From positions 150,001 to 182,000 of the forward strand of contig NZ_CP015137.1 of assembly GCF_001644705.1 (NCBI RefSeq): 32,000 nucleotides of DNA. The letters run 5' to 3'. The notes under the pieces are model-generated. The model was given only the letters and a program-made list of their open reading frames with translations, was not told where the DNA came from and made no database searches. How positions within the stretch are numbered: the stretch's first letter is position 1; the number at the start of each line of letters is the position of its first letter. Made by a program: the position numbers and the translations under genes. Below, piece after piece: positions 20,436-28,638 of the stretch. This DNA is from Dickeya solani IPO 2222 (GTDB lineage Bacteria; Pseudomonadota; Gammaproteobacteria; Enterobacterales; Enterobacteriaceae).

Positions 20436-21443
20436 TCAGATATGGGTAACAATATCTTTAATCAGGCGCGGTCCGCGATAAATAAATCCGCTGTAAATCT
20501 GAACCAGCGTCGCCCCGGCAGCTAATTTCTCTCTGGCGGCGACCACCGAATCAATTCCACCTACGCCAATAATCGGTAACCGCCCCTGCAATTCCTGCGA
20601 CAGACGACGAATGACTTCGGTGCTGCGCGACTGCAATGGACGCCCGCTTAATCCGCCGGTTTGCCCGCAATGATTCAACCCCTGGATCAATTGACGATCC
20701 AACGTGGTATTGGTGGCGATCACGCCGTCGATATTATGGCGCACCAGACTGTCGGCAATTTGGATCAATTCTTCTTCGGAAAGATCCGGCGCAATTTTTA
20801 CCGTGACCGGTACATATTTTTGATAGCGGGTATGCAGCTCAGTCTGTTTATTTTTTACAGCCTGTAACAAATCATCCAGCGCGTCGCCATATTGCAGCGT
20901 CCGTAATCCCGGCGTATTGGGAGAGGAAATATTGATGGCAATATAACCGGCATGGGAATAGACCTTATCCATACAAATCAGGTAATCGTCTTTTCCCTGT
21001 TCCACCGGCGTGTCTTTATTTTTACCGATATTGATGCCGAGCACGCCGCCAAAACGCGACTGTTTGACATTCTCCACCAGATTATCCACCCCGCGATTGT
21101 TGAAGCCCATCCGGTTGATCAACCCTTCGGCCTCCACCACCCGGAACAAACGCGGCTTGTCATTGCCCGGCTGCGGGCGCGGCGTAACGGTGCCCACTTC
21201 AATAAAGCCGAACCCCATGGCGCCGAGCGCATCGATACACTCGCCGTCCTTATCCAGCCCGGCGGCCAGACCCAGCGGATTGCGGAACGACAGCCCCATG
21301 CAGGTCACCGGCTTGGTGGGAACCGACTGACGAACCAGCCATTCAAACGGGGTGTGGGTAATGCGGCGCAGCTGATGCAGGGTAAACTCGTGCGCCTGTT
21401 CAGGGTCGAGCTGGAATAACGCTTTACGAATGAGGGGATACAT
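20436..21443 (-). CDS. pyrD: Dihydroorotate dehydrogenase (quinone), class 2
   Basis: The 335-aa product begins [90 protein letters not shown] and IIGVGGI are also present. It is collinear with recalled E. coli PyrD (336 aa). Confidence 0.96.
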   Translation of the reverse strand: MYPLIRKALFQLDPEQAHEFTLHQLRRITHTPFEWLVRQSVPTKPVTCMGLSFRNPLGLAAGLDKDGECIDALGAMGFGFIEVGTVTPRPQPGNDKPRLFRVVEAEGLINRMGFNNRGVDNLVENVKQSRFGGVLGINIGKNKDTPVEQGKDDYLICMDKVYSHAGYIAINISSPNTPGLRTLQYGDALDDLLQAVKNKQTELHTRYQKYVPVTVKIAPDLSEEELIQIADSLVRHNIDGVIATNTTLDRQLIQGLNHCGQTGGLSGRPLQSRSTEVIRRLSQELQGRLPIIGVGGIDSVVAAREKLAAGATLVQIYSGFIYRGPRLIKDIVTHI

Positions 21444-21458
21444 GACTTCTCCTGGATT

Positions 21459-21475
21459 CCCGGTTACAAACCGGG
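21459..21475 (-). promoter_or_regulatory. Leader hairpin immediately 5' of the pyrD Shine-Dalgarno sequence
   Basis: On the minus strand CCCGGTT-TGT-AACCGGG forms a 7-bp stem. It ends 5 nt upstream of the SD AGGAG (21453-21449) and about 15 nt upstream of the ATG. E. coli and Salmonella pyrC and pyrD are known to be controlled by 5' leader hairpins coupled to nucleotide-sensitive start-site choice. Whether this hairpin has that role is an inference. Confidence 0.3.
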
Positions 21476-21537
21476 GCGGTATTATCGTCCATCATCAGGC
21501 GAAAGGGAATTGACCTGGGCCAAAAAACGCCGCGACG

Positions 21538-21553
21538 ACGCAATCGTTTTCCT
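21538..21553. promoter_or_regulatory. Putative PurR operator (PUR box) upstream of pyrD
   Basis: ACGCAATCGTTTTCCT matches the recalled 16-bp PUR box ACGCAAACGTTTTCNT at 15 of 16 positions. It lies 95-110 nt upstream of the pyrD ATG. pyrD is a known PurR regulon member in E. coli. Confidence 0.5.
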
Positions 21554-21688
21554 TTATACGCCGCCCATTGCGGATTTTTTATTCGTTTTTTCACTTTCCA
21601 TTCCACAATAAATCATTTTTCGAACCTCCGCCGGCTCTGCCAGACTAACCAAACTGTTATTAAATCGTGATAATTGATAATTTTTGGT

Positions 21689-21754
21689 TATACCCTAAGT
21701 AATTCGAGTTGCAGGAAAGCCAACGCATCTGCAACTTGAAGTATGACGGGTATA
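21689..21754. repeat. Short-form (about 66 bp) ERIC-like hairpin repeat abutting the ssuE ribosome-binding site
   Basis: The sequence is TATACCCTAAGTAATTCGAGTTGCAGGAAAGCCAACGCATCTGCAACTTGAAGTATGACGGGTATA. The right arm matches the recalled ERIC terminus (GCCAACGCA..TGCAACTTGAAGTATGACGGGTATA). The left arm is its imperfect inverted complement. The element ends 2 nt before the ssuE SD AAGGAG (21756-21761). Confidence 0.65.
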
Positions 21755-21766
21755 TAAGGAGTCACT

Positions 21767-22321
21767 ATGCGCGTTATAACGCTGGCAGGCAGCCCACGTT
21801 ACCCTTCCCGTTCAACCGCTTTATTGCATCACGCCGGAAAATGGCTGGAAGCCAAAGGCGCCGAGGTGTTGCCGTGGCACCTGCACAACTTTCCGCCGGA
21901 AGACCTGCTCAATGCCCGCTTCGACAGCCCGGCACTGCAAACCCTGAACGAGCAACTCGCCAGCGCCGACGGCCTGCTGGTCGCCACCCCGATTTACAAA
22001 GCATCGTTTTCCGGCGGCCTGAAAGCCTTGCTGGACGTGTTGCCGGAGCGAGCGCTGGAACACAAAGTGGTGCTACCGCTGTCCACCGCTGGTTCCGTCG
22101 CCCACATGCTGGCGGTGGATTACAGCCTTAAACCGGTGCTGAACGCCCTGAAAGCACAGGAAATCCTGCAAGGCGTATTCGCGGATGACAGCCAGATCAG
22201 CCACTACGACCGTACCCCGATCTTTACCGATGTGCTGGAAGCCCGTCTGCAAGACGCCCTGAATATCTTCTTTCAGGCGTTGATTCGCCGTCAGCCCGAA
22301 CGCTTTCGCCAGAGCGCCTGA
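21767..22321 (+). CDS. ssuE: NADPH-dependent FMN reductase SsuE
   Basis: The 184-aa product begins MRVITLAGSPRYPSRS. PEDLL.ARFDSPAL, ADGLLVATPIYKASFSGGLKALLDVLPERAL and KVVLPL.T.GSVAH.LAVDY.LKPVL.ALKAQEIL.GVFADDSQ align with recalled E. coli SsuE. An SD AAGGAG lies 5 nt upstream. Confidence 0.93.
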   Translation: MRVITLAGSPRYPSRSTALLHHAGKWLEAKGAEVLPWHLHNFPPEDLLNARFDSPALQTLNEQLASADGLLVATPIYKASFSGGLKALLDVLPERALEHKVVLPLSTAGSVAHMLAVDYSLKPVLNALKAQEILQGVFADDSQISHYDRTPIFTDVLEARLQDALNIFFQALIRRQPERFRQSA

Positions 22322-22351
22322 CCCGCTGCTTTATATAAGGAAAGAAATGCT

Positions 22352-23311
22352 ATGTTGTCCCGGATTAAACAAGCCGCCCTGACACTGCTGTTCTCTGGCG
22401 CACTCGGTGTGTCCGCCCTCGCCCATGCGGCCAACGACCCAGAACAGTTGCGCATCGGTTTTCAGAAAGGCTCGGTCAGTCTGATGCTGGCCAAGACCCA
22501 CCAACTGCTGGAAAAGCAGTTCCCGCACACCAAAATCAGCTGGATTGAATTCCCGGCCGGGCCGCAAATGCTGGAAGCGCTCAACATCGGCAGCATTGAT
22601 GTCGGCAGCACCGGCGATATCCCGCCGCTCTTCGCACAGGCCGCCGGCGCCGATCTGGTTTACATCGGCGTTGAACCGCCCAAGCCTAAAGCCGAAGTGA
22701 TTCTGGTCAAGAGCGATAGCCCAGTCAACACCGTGGCCGACCTGAAAGGCCGCAAGGTCGCATTCCAGAAAGGCTCCAGTTCCCACAACCTGCTGCTGCG
22801 CAATCTGCAGAAAGCGGGGCTGACATTCGCCGATATTCAGCCGGCCTACCTGACACCGGCCGACGCCCGCGCCGCGTTCCAGCAGGGCAACGTCGACGCC
22901 TGGACCATCTGGGATCCCTACTACTCCGCCGCGCTGCTGCAAGGCGGCGTGCGGGTACTGGCCGACGGCACCGATCTGAACCTGACCGGTTCGTTTTATC
23001 TGGCCTCTCGCCGTTACGCCGAACAACACGGCATTTTTCTGCAACAGTTACTCAACACCCTGACCCAGGCCGACGCCCTGACCATCAACCAGCGTTCGCA
23101 GAGCGTTACGTTGCTGGCCAACGCGATGGGGTTGCCGGAAGCGGTCATCAGCACCTATTTCGACCATCGTCCGCTGACGGTGATCAAACCGGTGGATGAA
23201 CGCACGCTACAGGCGCAACAGCACACCGCCGACCTGTTTTACGAAAATCGCCTGATTCCTACCAGGCTGGATGTCGCCAGCCGCATCTGGCATGCCCCGG
23301 CAGCACACTGA
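22352..23311 (+). CDS. ssuA: Aliphatic sulfonate ABC transporter periplasmic binding protein SsuA
   Basis: The 319-aa product has a signal peptide (…ALAHAAND). [71 protein letters not shown] and [10 protein letters not shown] are collinear with recalled E. coli SsuA (319 aa). Confidence 0.93.
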   Translation: MLSRIKQAALTLLFSGALGVSALAHAANDPEQLRIGFQKGSVSLMLAKTHQLLEKQFPHTKISWIEFPAGPQMLEALNIGSIDVGSTGDIPPLFAQAAGADLVYIGVEPPKPKAEVILVKSDSPVNTVADLKGRKVAFQKGSSSHNLLLRNLQKAGLTFADIQPAYLTPADARAAFQQGNVDAWTIWDPYYSAALLQGGVRVLADGTDLNLTGSFYLASRRYAEQHGIFLQQLLNTLTQADALTINQRSQSVTLLANAMGLPEAVISTYFDHRPLTVIKPVDERTLQAQQHTADLFYENRLIPTRLDVASRIWHAPAAH

Positions 23312-23340
23312 TCCTGCCTGATTTCACGGAGACGATGACA

Positions 23341-24477
23341 ATGAGTCTGAATATTTTCTGGTTCCTGCCCACTCACGGCGACGGACACTACTTTGGCAAA
23401 GGCGAAAACGCCCGCCCGGTTGATTACGGTTACCTGCAACAGATCGCCCAGGCGGCGGACCGACTGGGTTTCGGCGGTGTACTGATCCCTACCGGCCGCT
23501 CCTGCGAAGATTCCTGGCTGGTGGCCTCGTCGTTGATCCCGGTTACCCAGCGCCTGCGTTTTCTGGTGGCGCTGCGCCCCGGCATTATCTCGCCGACGCT
23601 GGCCGCCCGTCAGGCCGCCACGCTGGACCGGCTGTCCAACGGTCGGGCGCTGTTCAATCTGGTTACCGGCGGCGACCCGGACGAACTGGCCGCCGAAGGG
23701 CTGTTCCTCGATCATGCGGAACGTTATGAAGCGTCCGCCGAATTTACCCGTATCTGGCGGCGGGTGCTGGAGGGTGAAACCGTCGATTACGACGGCAAGC
23801 ATATCCAGGTGAAAGGCGCCAAACTGCACTACCCGCCGGTGCAACAGCCGCGCCCACCGCTCTACTTTGGCGGCTCGTCCGACGCGGCGCTGGATCTGGC
23901 CGCCGAACAGGTAGAACTCTACCTCACCTGGGGCGAACCACCGGCGCAGGTGAAAGAAAAGCTGGATCGCGTACGGGCCAAAGCCGCCGAACAAGGGCGC
24001 AGCGTACGGTTCGGCATCCGCCTGCATGTGGTTGTGCGCGAAACCAATGAAGAAGCCTGGCAGGCCGCCAACCGCCTGATCTCGCGGCTGGACGACGACA
24101 CCATCGCTCAGGCGCAGGCATCGCTGCAACGTTTTGACTCGGTAGGTCAGCAACGTATGGTGGCGCTGCACGGCGGTCGCCGCGACAAACTGGAGATCAG
24201 CCCCAACCTGTGGGCCGGCATCGGTCTGGTACGCGGCGGCGCCGGCACCGCGCTGGTGGGTGACCCGCAAACCGTGGCGCAACGCATTCAGGAATACGCC
24301 GATCTGGGCATCGATACCTTTGTTCTGTCCGGCTACCCGCATCTGGAAGAAGCCTATAAAGTGGGCGAACTGCTGTTTCCGCATCTGGACGTGGCAGTGC
24401 CGGAGGTGCCGCAACCGCAGCCCGGCGAAATCGTCGGCAACGAGTTTGTCCCGCTGCTGAAAGCGGCACAGAGCTGA
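23341..24477 (+). CDS. ssuD: FMNH2-dependent alkanesulfonate monooxygenase SsuD
   Basis: The track start 23335 (MTMSLN...) lies only 3 nt from the GGAG SD (23328-23331). ATG 23341 has 9-nt spacing and gives [17 protein letters not shown], which matches the recalled E. coli N-terminus [17 protein letters not shown]. The rest is collinear, including [46 protein letters not shown] and [18 protein letters not shown]. Confidence 0.95.
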   Translation: MSLNIFWFLPTHGDGHYFGKGENARPVDYGYLQQIAQAADRLGFGGVLIPTGRSCEDSWLVASSLIPVTQRLRFLVALRPGIISPTLAARQAATLDRLSNGRALFNLVTGGDPDELAAEGLFLDHAERYEASAEFTRIWRRVLEGETVDYDGKHIQVKGAKLHYPPVQQPRPPLYFGGSSDAALDLAAEQVELYLTWGEPPAQVKEKLDRVRAKAAEQGRSVRFGIRLHVVVRETNEEAWQAANRLISRLDDDTIAQAQASLQRFDSVGQQRMVALHGGRRDKLEISPNLWAGIGLVRGGAGTALVGDPQTVAQRIQEYADLGIDTFVLSGYPHLEEAYKVGELLFPHLDVAVPEVPQPQPGEIVGNEFVPLLKAAQS

Positions 24478-24487
24478 GGGCGGCCGC

Positions 24488-25279
24488 ATGCGCAAGAAAC
24501 TGACGCCGATTGTCGAACGCCTGACGCCCTGGTTGCTGCCGCTGCTGCTGGTGATAGTCTGGCAACTCGCGTCCAGCGTCGGCTGGCTCTCCACCCGGAT
24601 CCTGCCTTCGCCGCAAGCGATTGCCGTGACCTTCTGGCGACTAACCCGCAGCGGTGAACTGTGGCAGCACCTCAGTATCAGTACCTGGCGCGCGCTGACC
24701 GGGTTCGCCATCGGCGGCGCGCTGGGGCTGGCGCTCGGTTTTATCACCGGGCTGTCCCGCACCGGCGAGCGCCTGCTGGACACCTCGGTGCAGATGCTGC
24801 GCAACGTGCCGCATCTGGCCTTGATCCCGCTGGTGATCCTGTGGTTCGGCATTGAAGAGAGCGCCAAGATCTTTCTGGTAGCGCTCGGCACCCTGTTCCC
24901 TGTCTACCTCAACACCTACCACGGCATCCGCAATATCGACAGCGGTCTGCTGGAAATGTCGCGCAGTTACGGCCTGTCCGGCTTCCGGCTGTTCCGCGAG
25001 GTGCTGCTGCCCGGCGCGCTGCCCTCGATCATGGTCGGCGTGCGTTTCTCGCTCGGCTTGATGTGGCTGACGCTGATCGTGGCGGAAACCATCTCCGCCA
25101 GTTCCGGCATTGGCTATCTGGCGATGAACGCCCGTGAATTTCTGCAAACCGACGTGGTGATGGTGGCGATCATTCTGTATGCCCTGCTGGGCAAACTGGC
25201 TGACGTCATTGCCCTGACGCTGGAGCGCATCTGGCTGCGTTGGCACCCCAGTTGGCAATTAACGGAGGAACACGCATGA
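24488..25279 (+). CDS. ssuC: Aliphatic sulfonate ABC transporter permease SsuC
   Basis: The 263-aa hydrophobic protein carries a BPD-transporter EAA-like region ([23 protein letters not shown]). Its length equals that of recalled E. coli SsuC. Its stop overlaps the ssuB start in ATGA. Confidence 0.93.
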   Translation: MRKKLTPIVERLTPWLLPLLLVIVWQLASSVGWLSTRILPSPQAIAVTFWRLTRSGELWQHLSISTWRALTGFAIGGALGLALGFITGLSRTGERLLDTSVQMLRNVPHLALIPLVILWFGIEESAKIFLVALGTLFPVYLNTYHGIRNIDSGLLEMSRSYGLSGFRLFREVLLPGALPSIMVGVRFSLGLMWLTLIVAETISASSGIGYLAMNAREFLQTDVVMVAIILYALLGKLADVIALTLERIWLRWHPSWQLTEEHA

Positions 25280-26097
25280 CTTTTAATAACGCGGCGTCCA
25301 ATACCGCTGCGCCGGCCCGCCTTAACGCCGGCACCCCGTTGCTGATCAACGGCGTCACCAAGCGCTATGGTCAGCGCACTATTTTGAGTGACGTGCACCT
25401 GCACATTCCGGCCGGTCAGTTCGTCGCCGTGGTCGGCCGCAGCGGCTGCGGCAAGAGCACCCTGCTGCGCCTGTTGGCCGGTCTGGAGCAGGCAAGCCAC
25501 GGGGAGTTGCTGGCCGGCCGCGCCCCGCTGCATCAGGCGCGCGACGATATCCGGCTGATGTTTCAGGAAGCGCGTTTACTACCGTGGAAGCGAGTGCTCG
25601 ACAACGTCGGACTGGGGTTGCGCGGCGAATGGCGCACGGCCGCGCATCAGGCACTGGACGCCGTCGGGCTATCATCGCGGGCCGCCGACTGGCCCGCCGC
25701 GCTGTCCGGCGGACAAAAACAGCGGGTGGCGCTGGCGCGCGCGCTGATCCATCGCCCCGGTCTGTTATTGCTGGATGAGCCGCTGGGCGCGTTGGATGCG
25801 CTGACCCGTATCGAGATGCAGGGGCTGATTGAATCATTGTGGCTGCAGCAGGGATTTACCGTTCTGCTGGTGACCCACGATGTCAGCGAAGCCGTCGCGC
25901 TTGCCGACCGGGTGATCCTGATCGAAGACGGTCGGGTCGGGCTGGATGTGGCGATTGACCTGCCGCGACCGCGCCGCCGCGGCTCCGCCCGGCTGGCGGA
26001 GCTGGAAGCGCAGGTGCTGGAGCGGATTCTGACGCCAGCCGCCAGTAACACGATAGCAGACATCAGAAGCAGTGAACCTCAGCGTGTTGGCTGGTGA
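25276..26097 (+). CDS. ssuB: Aliphatic sulfonate ABC transporter ATP-binding protein SsuB
   Basis: The track start 25240 is a TTG inside ssuC. I prefer ATG 25276, with GGAGGA at 25264-25269 and an ATGA overlap with the ssuC stop. The product has Walker [10 protein letters not shown], the signature LSGGQKQR and Walker B LLLLDEP. It completes the canonical ssuEADCB order. Confidence 0.93.
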   Translation: MTFNNAASNTAAPARLNAGTPLLINGVTKRYGQRTILSDVHLHIPAGQFVAVVGRSGCGKSTLLRLLAGLEQASHGELLAGRAPLHQARDDIRLMFQEARLLPWKRVLDNVGLGLRGEWRTAAHQALDAVGLSSRAADWPAALSGGQKQRVALARALIHRPGLLLLDEPLGALDALTRIEMQGLIESLWLQQGFTVLLVTHDVSEAVALADRVILIEDGRVGLDVAIDLPRPRRRGSARLAELEAQVLERILTPAASNTIADIRSSEPQRVGW

Positions 26098-26119
26098 AGG
26101 CGAACGCTGATAAAGATAG

Positions 26120-26154
26120 GGTGCGGTATGTCCCATCTCCGCACCTTATTTTTA
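26120..26154 (+). terminator. Rho-independent terminator of the ssu operon, overlapped by the stop codon of the convergent deaminase gene
   Basis: GGTGCGG (20120+6000: 26120-26126) pairs with CCGCACC (26139-26145) around a 12-nt loop. TTATTTTTA follows (26146-26154). The TAA stop of the minus-strand 817-aa ORF is 26154..26152, inside this U-tract. Confidence 0.7.
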
Positions 26155-28605
26155 GAGTGGATAGTCAAAACGGTAAATACGCCCGTTCTCATTTAACGCC
26201 GCCACCTGTGCCAGTGCATCCTGCTCGCTGTAGTGGAACTCGTTCATCAGCACAGTAAACAGATGATAAAACTCCCCTTTCATATCGGTGACAAAAATCC
26301 CCTGATCGTCGGAACCTAATGCCACCGACATAGGATGATCACCTGCAACATAACGCCCAGGAAGATGCATCCAGCGAAACAAATGATGCTGGGTAATATC
26401 ATCGTAATAACTGATCCTGACATTGCTGGTGGGCAGCGTTTCAATCACCACTTGTTTTTCACGCACCCGCTTTTGCACGTATTGCTGTGCAGCCAGCAGG
26501 GCACTGTCAGGCAGAAATGCGGTGTCGAACTCGGCAGAGGCTTCATACCGTTTAATCACCTCTGCATCAAACCAGCGCTGCTTTAATAATGACAGTGCCT
26601 CTTTACCATGATGTTTTGCAAATTCACCCGCCCGATCAAACTCTTCGCCTACCCAATCTACTGGCCGGTCGGTACGATCTTGCAGATAATTTCGCACCTG
26701 TATGGGGTCAAGCCCGCGCCCGTCAAAAAAGTGCTGTAACACGACGGCTGAAGGATGCTGTTCAAAAATCCGGTACGCCAGCATCGCAATTTCGCTATCC
26801 AGTCGTACCAGCGGTAAATCGCTTCCCTCACGCTGTTCCAGCAACAATTTGCGCACAAACAGCAGGTTTTCCAGCCATTCACCTTGCTTAATAAATAATG
26901 TTTCCGGCATTTTCATGCGCCAAAACGCTGGCATGATGCCAATCGCCGTGGCATGACCGATACGATCGCCATTCGATAACTCCAGCAGAGTCAGGCAGTC
27001 GTAGACAGCGCGAATGCCACTGAGCAAGTGTTCAAAATCCTCCCCGGCGTGATAGGTAAAATGGGCGATTCCCTGACGGCGGGCCTGACGAAAAAGCACC
27101 GCAAACACTTCAGGAGCAGCCTCGCGTTCATTAGCTGCGGCATCAAACCCGGTAAGCAGCGAGCGCAACGCCGGAAACTCGTCCAATACTTGAAATAATG
27201 CGTGAGCGCGCTTCAACACATCTTCACGTAGTACGCTGAAATGGGAGGAGCCATCACGATAATCCCAACGACGTTTGATGAAATGCACCACCAGCCGTAA
27301 CGTCGGGCGTGTCGCGGTAAGACAGGCTTGTGCCAACGCATTTAATTCTTGTGGTTTATCAAACGATAAAGCGATGGGGTTCTGGTAGTCCCAAAACCCG
27401 TCGAGGATACGTGTGATCAGTTGCTTATTCTTGCCGGGCGTGTCTTTCGGCGCAAAGCGCCCTTCAATCGTCGCCATCATCGATGCGCCAGCAACCTGCT
27501 CACCATGTAGCTGATAAAAACGTGCAGCATAATGTTCTTCTATCGGCTCACGTGGACCTAACTCGGTAAATTTCTGGAACTGATCAAAACCTATCTGATC
27601 GGTACGCTGCACCAGCAAACGCTGAAACAGGTTCATGCACAACAAATACAGCCAATAGCAGGCATCTTCTGTCGCCGATGGGTTAGCGCGCAATGCATGT
27701 AACACCCGGATATGAAAATGCAACTCGCACAGGCCCTGATACTGTTGCTCCTGAGCATACGCCGCCTGCTCCCAGGCAAAAAAGCCCGCGTCGGGAGCGA
27801 CAATATCGTTACAGCACAGCAAGTCAGCAAAGTGCTGTTTTGCCGGTTTACCCCCACACTCCGGGTGATACCGACCCTCGGCCCAGCGTAGTAGCCACTC
27901 GCGGCAATAACGGGCGATATGCAGCATACGGCTCACTTTAACCGGGGTATCCAGCGAGTGGGCTACGGCATAAAAGCGCCGTAATCGGGTAGGGTCATCC
28001 TTACGGCTTTTCTCCATTTCATTAATCAGCGCATCGGGATGCAGCAGGCTGTGATGCCACATCAGCTCCACGAAGGTCGTACCGTTAAGGTGCATATGCG
28101 CTTCATGCAGTCCTTCGCGCCGTAGATAATCTTCCACCCGTGGATGCCAGGGCGACACAATCGGCCGATACCCCAACGTCTGCTTTAGCCGCGCCAGTAA
28201 TTCAAACAGCGGTGGGCACTCCTTGCCGCACCACATCTGTTCCAGTTGATAAGCGATAACCGGGAAACCGGATTGATTCGCCACCCAGTTTTGCCACTCG
28301 CCAAAGTGCGACAGGCGTACCGCCAGCCGACGCGAATCGTCTTCCAGATGGTAGCGAGCCGCCTGCCCGAGTAGCGCCCGGCACCAACCTTTGGCTTCAT
28401 GTTGACGCGACAGCAAGTGTTCCCAATGGCGCTCAAACATCGGATCGGTATGCGTGAACTGGCGCTGATACCAACTGTTATAAGTCACCGCTTCGATGTC
28501 TTTTTCCGGCAAAGTCGAGCGCTCACCAGACAGCAACAACGGCAGTTGCATCAGCAAAAGCTCATACAGTCGAGGCTCCGAAAGAAGATATTGGTTGATA
28601 AACAT
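26152..28605 (-). CDS. rdrB: Divergent adenosine-deaminase-family protein with large insertions; RADAR RdrB-like effector candidate
   Basis: The ORF encodes 817 aa. An AAGG SD lies 7 nt upstream, 33 nt after the upstream ORF. The full adenosine/AMP-deaminase motif set is present in canonical order:
- H170-M-H172 within EAHMHLNGT (nt 28098..28090)
- H519-A-G-E522 within FTYHAGEDF (nt 27051..27040)
- G550-H551-A within DRIGHATAIG
- E722-TLPTSN-728
- S765-D766-D767 within ALGSDDQGIF
The gene symbol is assigned from architecture (size, ATPase partner, island context). It is not based on a computed alignment. Confidence 0.75.
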   Translation of the reverse strand: MFINQYLLSEPRLYELLLMQLPLLLSGERSTLPEKDIEAVTYNSWYQRQFTHTDPMFERHWEHLLSRQHEAKGWCRALLGQAARYHLEDDSRRLAVRLSHFGEWQNWVANQSGFPVIAYQLEQMWCGKECPPLFELLARLKQTLGYRPIVSPWHPRVEDYLRREGLHEAHMHLNGTTFVELMWHHSLLHPDALINEMEKSRKDDPTRLRRFYAVAHSLDTPVKVSRMLHIARYCREWLLRWAEGRYHPECGGKPAKQHFADLLCCNDIVAPDAGFFAWEQAAYAQEQQYQGLCELHFHIRVLHALRANPSATEDACYWLYLLCMNLFQRLLVQRTDQIGFDQFQKFTELGPREPIEEHYAARFYQLHGEQVAGASMMATIEGRFAPKDTPGKNKQLITRILDGFWDYQNPIALSFDKPQELNALAQACLTATRPTLRLVVHFIKRRWDYRDGSSHFSVLREDVLKRAHALFQVLDEFPALRSLLTGFDAAANEREAAPEVFAVLFRQARRQGIAHFTYHAGEDFEHLLSGIRAVYDCLTLLELSNGDRIGHATAIGIMPAFWRMKMPETLFIKQGEWLENLLFVRKLLLEQREGSDLPLVRLDSEIAMLAYRIFEQHPSAVVLQHFFDGRGLDPIQVRNYLQDRTDRPVDWVGEEFDRAGEFAKHHGKEALSLLKQRWFDAEVIKRYEASAEFDTAFLPDSALLAAQQYVQKRVREKQVVIETLPTSNVRISYYDDITQHHLFRWMHLPGRYVAGDHPMSVALGSDDQGIFVTDMKGEFYHLFTVLMNEFHYSEQDALAQVAALNENGRIYRFDYPL

Positions 28606-28638
28606 GTTGGGGCCTTATTTTTATCTGCTGATAGATTT

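Noticed and set aside
23239-24891. A 550-aa minus-strand ORF antisense to ssuD and ssuC, the longest unexplained ORF in the track
   Set aside because: It overlaps two strongly supported + strand genes for its whole length. Its sequence is R/G/Q/A-rich with no motif and no SD. Its length is explained by stop-codon depletion on the antisense strand of GC3-rich genes. The same reasoning applies to 5022..6554, 6564..7307, 11082..11831, 12580..13401, 14983..16071, 16635..18170, 22331..23044, 24641..25258 and 25379..26136.
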